Positions 51,272 to 64,000 of a stretch of 64,000 bases of DNA are shown here, in pieces. The translations under genes and the position numbers were made by a program. Position 1 is the stretch's first letter. Each line of letters starts with the position of its first letter. The notes under the pieces were generated by a model. It was given only the letters and a program-made list of their open reading frames with translations. It searched no databases and had not been told where the DNA came from. The DNA lies in contig NOWV01000031.1 in NCBI GenBank assembly GCA_003344405.1, forward strand, positions 248,001 through 312,000. Direction: 5' to 3'. The stretch comes from Trichoplax sp. H2 (taxonomy: Eukaryota).

Positions 51272-51819
51272 TTAAAACATGACATCATTCTCTCCTGGAA
51301 CTTCTTCGCGTACATTCATGCCTTCATCGAATCGAACATGGGGAACTGTATTTAGGCGAACTCGTACTGGTACACCATCCTCAAAATCAACTTTATTGGT
51401 GTCTAAATTAAAGAAATAAACAAGAACACTTAATATCTACAAATTTATAAACCGAATCTAAATTAAGCAATGATAAGCATCGAGATTCGACCGTTACTAT
51501 CTCGAGCGAATCCAAAGATAGAGCTCGATATGGGTAAGCTACCGCGTAAATCTCTTATACTGATTTGTAGCACTGCACTGTTCTTACAGCTTTAAATGTT
51601 AAAAGTTGTCTATTATCGTGAAGAGATAATGGTATTTCTATTTTAACTTTCAGTTCATAACAGATAATTTATGAACTTATACTAAATAAAAAAATATACA
51701 ATATTGTCATTATACTGCTATTTTAAAATTCCTTTTCAATTTTTTTGCCTACCTTTCAAGGATGTACTTTCTGCCAAAACTAGGGCAGTGATTGCAAGAA
51801 ATAGTAGAGCGAACTTCAT
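51272..51819 (-). CDS. Small secreted protein or peptide precursor (65 aa), absent from the ORF track
   Basis: Exons 51753-51819 and 51272-51402 join in frame (198 nt): MKFALLFLAITALVLA-ESTSLKDTNKVDFEDGVPVRVRLNTVPHVRFDEGMNVREEVPGENDVMF*. Start context CAAGATG; GT-AG intron; probable non-coding first exon with donor AAG|GTAGG at ~52315 and acceptor at ~51835. Confidence 0.8.
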
Positions 51820-53555
51820 CTTGAAAAAATGCACCTATGAAATTATGACAAGAAATAGATAAATATATATAGTGAAATTAAGAAAATACTATAACTATCA
51901 AGATGGCCGTAAAAAGTTAAAAATAATCTTATTTCTTGTAAAGCACAAATAAATTACATGTGAATTAGCATAGAGAAAATCTATCGAATTTCGACTTTGC
52001 ACTATGGATTATAATCATAGACTTAAGATAACTTCAAGTAATCAATTAATTAAATTTCAATTGCATAGGCAGTGCGCTATCAAGATTAAGAAAACTGATA
52101 CAAATATGTAAATTCGTAAAATATAGTTTCAAAGATGGCCGTTAAAAGTTACGACACCTGTCTCCTCTCAAACTCGGTAAAAAATTGATTTAAACTGGTA
52201 GTTATATACAAAATTTAAAGATCCAACTTGGCAATAAACATTACATGCGTAGCTTTGAAGCAATCAAGCAATAAAAGAAATCACCTCAATTTCAATCCTT
52301 AAGTAAAAATCCTACCTTAGAATCTTCCTATAGGGATCAAAATCCGTCGGTAAGAAAACTGAAAAATAATCATTCAAGCGTAACTATCCTGTCTTGTGAC
52401 GAGAATATTTTAATTTATGCTAATTTTAAAGTAAATTAATAATGCAGACATCGCTGCATGTTTACACAGAAGTGGTTGGATGACAATGCATCCAATGCAT
52501 GAGTTCAACGTATGCAAGGGCTACTCATCAGTCAAGATATAGATTATTCTCCCGTATAAGCGTCAATAGATATACGCATATTTCGTTCTAATACTATGAA
52601 AAGTTTTTAGTTAATCAATGTATAGAAATTATCTTTCGTAAATTATGTAAACCTATTCTATCCTAACAGTATGGAATTGCATTGGATAAATTTGAAATGC
52701 TCACCTTATTTGTATACTTAATTGATATAAGCATATCCTAGCCAGATGAGTCCTACGGCAACTCAGGAAATACTCTACAGTTTTTGCAGTTGCCATCACT
52801 GTTTCAAGTTTTATTAGGTACTATCGATAGGTATATGCTTTACCGCTAGTCCAAACATGACGATATATCGTGTGACAGTAATTCCTCTAGCACCTACGCT
52901 ATGGAATTTCAGCAAATTTAGTCCTATGAAGCTACAGGAACTATCCGAACATTGGCGGTGATGTTCCTTTAGGAAATTATATCAACATCATACATACGGT
53001 CAAGCATTAAGATTGATACGATGATAAACTGAAAGGATATAAATTATAGCGGGAAACATTTTATCGATTTATCATAAGTTGTCTTATTAACAAATGCAAG
53101 ACTGCATCTAGGAGTTAGTTATCTTAAATTTATGGTACAATATTGACAATTGATTGATTGATCGTACGAAGGCAAGAAAAGTCGAATCTTTTAGGAAATG
53201 AAATAAAATTTCGGCGACATTGAGCATGCAATATAAATGCATGCCAATTTAGTACAGATGTAGTGTCGGAGAAAGATTCACTCTGCTCTATGCAAATATT
53301 TAGGCATTAGTGTCCCTTACATTATAGACCTAAGCGTCGCACATTGTAGAATTTATACAGTGAAAAGGGTAGCCCAAGGATTGCATCGAGAAATACTCCA
53401 GATATTTTTGTAATCTAACTCTACATCAATAAATTTATCATGCCTCTCCGGCTAACAACGATCAATTGTATGCTATTGCAAAAGTTAACAATAATTCGTG
53501 ATCCACAAGAGATCTTCATTAGCTGATGTAACAAATTTTTGACCAAAATAAATAA

Positions 53556-56500
53556 TTACGACTTTGCGAGCCGGATGAATGTTCCCCACAGCCTAATCAA
53601 AAATGATTTACAATAAACAAATGAGCAATCTTGCTGCAAATAAAGTTGAATATTGAAAGAAACGAATGTACGGTATATCAATACCTAGTTTTAGGCAGTG
53701 CCTCCATTGTATTATTTATTTCTTCTATTAAAATAAAGCAGAGTATTTCGTTAGTTGATATTAGTAGAATAGCTTAAAAGTCGAGCTTAACAGACCAACT
53801 AAGCTCAATCTTTACTTTAACGATAACTTACCCAATGAAAATTTAAGCTGATTAGCAGAGAACGCAACTTGCACAAATTGTGTCAGTCTGTTTAGTGACC
53901 ATTCAACTAGTTTATCTGTGTCTGGATCTATTCATGGATGGCAAATAAACATTTAATTTACCGTGTCATATAACTCAAACTAATAAAATTTCACACGTGA
54001 CAATGATTATTAAACTTTTACTTTGGCTAGACGATGATGTTGTTACTTGTTGAATACATTTTTGTAAATCCACAGCAATCTCTTGCATCATATTCAATGA
54101 GATTGTTAGAGTAGGCGGAGAATTCTTATTAGGTATTTCTGCTTCTTTGTGATTACTGCACTCTGACAATGCTTGAAGTATTCCACATTGAAGCTTTGAA
54201 CATGAAATATGAACTAAAATATATAGGCACAATTAAATAACCTTAATGAATTATCTTACATCACAGCTTGTGTGCAACATTTAAATTATCTAAAATGATG
54301 GCTGTTGTACTATGCGAATGTTAAGTATAAGGTAATAACCTTCTTCTATCGTTTTAACATTAGCTGGCTCATTACGGCATATATACAAGAGAGGCACTAA
54401 TGTACTCCATCTGGCTAAGCCATAAATTGTTGAATGGATTTCGCTACAGTCCATTTTATCGTTTTCAGTTTTTGATGAATAAAAATGCGGTAAGTTTTCA
54501 GTTGTTTTTGCAACAGTGAAACTATGAGGATTGGAAACAGTCCATTCTGCTACAATTCGCATTAATGAAATCGGTGGTAGCCGTGGATAATTATTATTAT
54601 CTAATGAGCCAGAGTTACCTTTAAGAGGAATGAGTTGAAAACCATTAATTATCAGTTGCAATCGAATACGAAAGTTACTGAATAATACAATAATAAAATA
54701 TCGAGTACCTACACAAAATAAATATTCTAACCTGGTTTAATATCGAACAAGAGTGTAAAGGCAGTAATCAATTGAGCTACGAAAGTAGGCGAACAGTTGC
54801 ATAAATCAAGTAATGTCTGTTGTAAATCAGGTACAAGGAGACAATAATCTGCTAATAGCATTTCCGCAATATTTAAAGAAGCTTGCCGATCCGATGTATT
54901 ACATTTCTATAATATAGACAGCGAAAGTTAAAGATTGCTAATGTTGATAATACGTGTTTATTTCAAGGAAAACTACTCAACGCTAATTTCATCACAAGAT
55001 TAACTTAAGCTTGTCTACTTGTTTAACACTAAATTTATATACGGAAGACAATGATAAATATTTATTAAATATTTAACCTCTAGCCAAAGTGCAGCTCCAT
55101 TCAGTACAGGTACACAATTTAAAGCAATGCACATTGATACCATTCTACTAAGGACTGACATCTTGACTTCTTCAACCTAAGCAAGATCGAACAAGAAACA
55201 TTACGTGAAATATCAAAGATGAGTAGCAATCCCCATTAAGTGCGTTAAACGCTCATTGTACATAGGTGAGCTAAAAGAGCGTTCCGATTACCTCATTGCA
55301 ACTACTAGAAATGCCAAATAGCGCATCCAGTATGCAATAAGAAATATGCGATGACTGAATATCATTAAACTGTGTCAATAAGATTTCAAATAATTGCAAT
55401 TGTTGCATCGCAGTCGTTTCGAACCAATGATTGACGTTTACAAACTTCTTTTTACAGCAAGGCTGAAAGATAAATTTTTCGATCAAGGATTCAATCGTTT
55501 GGTTATTTTTAAATTGCTGTATTTTAACAAATTGTTGGACGGTTGATGCTTGATCTTGAACATAGTCTTTTAATTTACTCATTAATCGAATAGCACAGCG
55601 TGGAAATCCATCTGAATAGAGTAATTTCTCAAAACGTTGGATGGTAGCAGCATTTAATTGCGCCGTTAGTGTAAATTTGTCACCTATTTGCAAAATTTCA
55701 ATCAATAATCAATGAAATGAATCATCACCTAATCGTACCATCATCGAATTGTAGCAAAAAGTCCAGAATCAAGCATGCTGACAATAATCTCATATGAATT
55801 ATGCTATGCACATTGCCGAATGCTAGTATGAACATTGATGATGTAGCAACTGATGGAGGCACCATTCTGATAATAATCTCATGATACATTATCTATGTTA
55901 ACAGTAATCGAGTATTAACACTGATGATACAACTTAAATGATAATAATAGCGATAGAATATGTTGTTTTAGCTAGTTATCAAGGTGATCATACTGACAAT
56001 TGTAATCTCACGTTATGATACTTGCAGTATGAACAGTATTGTAGAGTATAAAAACACTGATGATGAAAGACTTTTGGAGAATATAATATGTGGCATTAAC
56101 AAGCTATCAAGACGACCGCACTGACAATATTCTCATACTGTACTATCCACGTTATCAATAACAGAGTATCCATTTCAATGCTGATGACGATAAATTGCTA
56201 CAGATCGAATGTAGTAAGCAGCTTTTAGCGAATCATGTTATCCTCTTTAAAATTAGTAGACTATCAACATGGAATACGATGGAACTAATAGATAGAATAC
56301 GTGGCTTCATTAATTAAGTCAGCATTGAAGAAGACTGTACCAGTGCTAACATCGTGTTATACTATGCAACTACACAGACAATCATCTCTACTAGGTTCTC
56401 TCTAACCATGCCATCGTACCAGAATAGTAGTTGAGTATCTACGCTGATGATGATGGGAATCATACGTACAAATACAATAATAGAGTAGAGTATCAATCCA

Positions 56501-57239
56501 GATTACGATCGATCTTAAAGTAAAAGGTATAAGTCGTTTTGGCCGAGTTATCCACAGTCTTAACTACTCCAACATGATAAGTACTCGCTATGATGAATGA
56601 TGTTACTTCCGATGGTCTACTGCTGTCGGCATCCAAGTAGAAAGAAAATACTATCAAGGTTAGCTATCGACCTGAATAGTAGTCGAGTATCTACGCCAAT
56701 GATGATGATGGAAATAATACACACAGAATAAACACAACAGTAGAGTAGAGTATCAATCCAGATTCTGATCGATCTTAGAGTAAAAGGTACAAGTTGTATT
56801 GACGAGTTATCAACAGGCCTAACAGCTCCAACATGCGGACTTCTCGCTATGATGAAAGATGTTACCATCGATAATCTACTGGTGTCGGCATACAAGCAGA
56901 AATTAAATACTATTAACGTATAGCTATCCCCCTGAACAGTAAGTAGTAGTAGTAGAATATGTACGCAGACGATGATAAGAATAATACACACAGAATAAAC
57001 GCAATAGTAGAGTAAAGTACGCGTATCAATCCAGATTATGATGGATGTTAGAGTAAAAGCTACAAGTCATTTTGGCGATTTATCAACAGACTTCACTAAC
57101 AGCTCCACCATTCTAACTTCTCGCCATGATGAAACTATCGATGGTCTACTACTGTCGGCATACAAGCAGAAATAAATTGCTATCAAACATAGCTACAGTG
57201 ACTTTCATCGTCTATTTCCAACCCTAACTTACCTTCCAT
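53556..57239 (-). CDS. INTS15: Integrator complex subunit 15 (C7orf26 homolog)
   Basis: Contains AMQQLQLFEILLTQF, KMSVLSRMVSMCIALNCVPVLNGAALWLE, LLADYCLLVPDLQQTLLDLCNCSPTFVAQLITAFTLLFD, PPISLMRIVAEW and LNRLTQFVQVAFSA, which follow the recalled C7orf26/INTS15 motif order. Probable 7-nt first coding exon ATGGAAG|GTAAGT at 57233-57239; last exon ends LWGTFIRLAKS*. Confidence 0.85.
55775..56200. repeat. Highly degenerate tandem repeat (~90-130-bp units) in INTS15 intron 1
   Basis: CTGACAATAATCTCA-like anchors at ~55778, 55867, 55993 and 56121, each followed by (A/G)CTGATGA-like segments. Confidence 0.5.
56420..57195. repeat. Three-copy tandem repeat (~255-265-bp unit) in INTS15 intron 1
   Basis: GTATCAATCCAGATT...GTAAAAG...CTACT(G/A)(C/G)TGTCGGCAT(C/A)CAAG recurs at ~56490, ~56750 and ~57023. 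Confidence 0.9.
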
Positions 57240-58130
57240 TCTATTAACACGATTGATTGATGATCAACTTGGCTGCAATGGCTGCAATCCAGGCCAATCA
57301 TCGAGTAAAAGTTCCTTTCCTTTTTGGCCGCTTGCAAGCTGCTGGATAGTAGAGATGAAGATGGATTGTGAGCAAAATGAGCTGTCACCCTATAGTCTCG
57401 TCTTGACCAAATTATACTATCTCATATCGAGAAAGAAACGGTTATCGCATGACAGCCTATTTTGCGCAATATGACCGCGGTATGAAGCTATAACAAGCCA
57501 GTATCATCGATATCTTGATAGTGATCACTGTGATCTTTAGTAGTGTATGATACAGTTGTCAACCAACAAGAACTGCAACCTACACAAGACTGACTCCAGC
57601 AGTGGGCTACCGTCCGTATGTCCGAATATGTTGTCTTAGCAAGACGGTCTAGGACTTGCAAATGGCTGCCAGATACATCATCCCTAGCCGTAAATTGACA
57701 AAATTATAAGTAGTATTTAGAAGCATATCATCAAAACTAACTGAGTACGTCATGAATAATTAGTGCAAAGGTAAATAAGGGATTTGTCAAAGTAAACCAT
57801 TCTTATGGCAAGCCAGGCTAATGAAGAGTCTGATGACAGCGATGTAGACCTAATATTTCTAGCTGTACTGTATTCAGTAGTTTGGTAGGGTAGATACAAA
57901 TCGAGTAGACATGCATATCGATTCCGCTGTGCTACTTTATTTATTTATTTATAAATTGGATTAGTTGTGCATTATAACTCAAGCATTATATTAGACGCAT
58001 ATTCTCCCTATCCATATCAGCATATTCGTTGGTACTTATATCGATACCACCATCATTTGACAAAACTACAAGGCATCATATTATTCATTGAAAATTGCCA
58101 CTTACACCTAGATCATATTATCAATTGTAT

Positions 58131-58540
58131 CAGTAGAAACTTTAACTAGTAGGATAAATTCACCATTTTGACGCCAAAAATCGATGGACGATAGAGTAGA
58201 ACATTGACTTGAGTATTTGTGATAAAACTGATTAGTAGAAACTGTAATTGCTAGGATAAATTCACAATTTTGACGCCAAAAATCGATAGACGATAGAGTA
58301 GAATATTGGCTTGAGTAGTTGTGATAAAACTGATTAGTAGAAACTGTCATTGGTAGGATAAATTCACAATTTTGACGCCAAAAATCGATAGACGATAGAG
58401 TAGAACATTGGCTTGAGTACTTGTGATAAAACCGATTAGTAGAAACTGTAATTGCTAGGATAAATTCACAAATTTGACGCCAAAAATCGATAGACGATAG
58501 AGTAGAACATTGGCTTGAGTAGTTGTGATAAAACCGATCA
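58131..58540. repeat. Four-copy 102-bp tandem repeat between INTS15 and copine
   Basis: TAGAAACT anchors at 58134, 58236, 58338 and 58440. Unit core TAGGATAAATTCAC..TTTTGACGCCAAAAATCGATAGACGATAGAGTAGAACATTGGCTTGAGTA; copies are highly similar. Confidence 0.97.
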
Positions 58541-58848
58541 GAAATTATTAATGCATACAGTATTTGCTTCATAATAAAGTATTAAAATATACTAACTGGC
58601 AGCATTGATACTGGTTTCTAATGTGCAAATAGAGTTTATTCCTTGAACACATAATATACCCGTATATACTATAAATACAGTACTACTGATAAACAGTCCA
58701 AGAATTGATTTGATTTAAAAACGAAGCAAAGTTAACAACATCAAAATTAAAGCAATCAAATTATAACCAGCGTGACAAGCTTTCCTATTAGATACGATAA
58801 TCATACGAAAACACAAAACGGCGAAAATATCGTGAAAATAAAAGTGGT

Positions 58849-63016
<4,168 letters not shown>

Positions 63017-64000
63017 AATGTTGAATGTCTACGAGACTATCTAGTTTTCTATTACTCTTTTACCGTTATTGTCATAATCTATGTGCATACCAGATCTTGG
63101 TGAATTTTTTTAATCTTTGTAGCTTTATCAGTATCAATTTAATTTTAATTGCGTAGAGAACAATCATTCTTTCTTATTTGATTTAATTTTTCGAAATCTT
63201 GATCATGACTTTTCCACTTCATGGCGAATTTCTGCAGAGCTTCTGAAATTCATGTTTAGATTGAACTATTTTAGATAAAGTTTTGCACATCCATATAGTC
63301 TCAGTCTTCCTTGATTTAATATTATTTCTACTTATTCTCATTAACCATCCGATCTTGACAAGCTCGAAGATACTTATCGAAAGAATAAATAGATTAACAA
63401 AAATTTTAAATGTTTCGTCTAGATAGATTTGTTCACTCCAGGCTATGGAAGCATCATTTGTTACCTAATCTTTTCTACTATATTCTTCAATTTTATCTCT
63501 CATAAATACAACATCTATACCGACCATAATTATTATCAGAGCGAATTGTATAGATAATGCGTTGGTATCTTGAATAATCGAACCTATATTAATAGATAAA
63601 TACTTGATAGAATTCCATGATTGTGGATAATTTAAAGTACCTTATTTCCCCGTAATTGTAACTCGTCATTAGCGAATATTAACCTTGGTATCCAGTCTTA
63701 GCTATGTCAATAAGCGATTTTTAATCTACATCTGCAATAAATGACTTAATCATACGCAATAGCTCTACTTTGCTCAGTGCTATATTAATTCAAAATGTAA
63801 ATACAGATTAATCTATTACACTAGCTGTAAGGTTCGAATTTCATTAGTGACAATAATACTGTAAAGTATAATAACACAACAAAGGTGCATGTGCATGTCC
63901 TGTTATTAGCATGCCAATCCTAAACAATCGTAATAACAGGTAAATATTTCAAGAATGATATTGAATGCTGATATTCAACACCAGCTCAGCACCTGTTGTA

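Noticed and set aside
56617..56991. 124-aa hydrophobic ORF
   Set aside because: Lies within the tandem repeats of INTS15 intron 1; hydrophobicity reflects base composition.
58131..58540. CRISPR-like array
   Set aside because: Units are contiguous repeats with no unique spacers, the context is eukaryotic, and no cas genes are present.
58108..58572. 154-aa ORF with 34-aa repeats as a protein-coding gene
   Set aside because: Explained by a 102-bp DNA repeat that happens to lack stops in one frame; no recognisable domain or splice context.
63100..64000. Minus-strand stretch with protein-like fragments (e.g. IAWSEQIYLDETFKIFVNLFILSISIFELVKIGWLMR)
   Set aside because: Interrupted by stops with no consistent exon chain; a faint resemblance to membrane-protein segments could not be substantiated. 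It may be a decayed gene or the 3' end of a gene outside the window.

Overview
AT-rich, intron-dense eukaryotic (animal) genomic DNA with short GT-AG introns and two N-gaps. Gene style and compactness suggest an early-branching metazoan, possibly a placozoan such as Trichoplax; this is inference and was not verified. Reading splice sites by hand gives, in order: RPS26 (-); two tandem paralogous ~1,200-aa secreted, GPI-anchored proteins of the otoancorin/stereocilin/mesothelin superfamily (-,-), both with a furin-type site; GGA adaptor (-) divergent from RRP7A (+); two convergent small genes for signal-peptide-bearing precursors (~78 aa and 65 aa) that the ORF track misses or truncates; INTS15/C7orf26 (-) divergent from a copine (+). 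Each N-gap is flanked by two near-identical copies of one segment, probably two haplotypes, and in each case only one copy carries an insertion: a 66-bp TA-flanked hairpin (MITE-like) and a 363-bp TG..CA solo LTR with a 5-bp target duplication. Several tandem repeats and a recurrent TACAGT/GTACAG promoter motif are also present. No rRNA, tRNA or CRISPR was seen. Exon coordinates were read by eye and may be off by a few bases.
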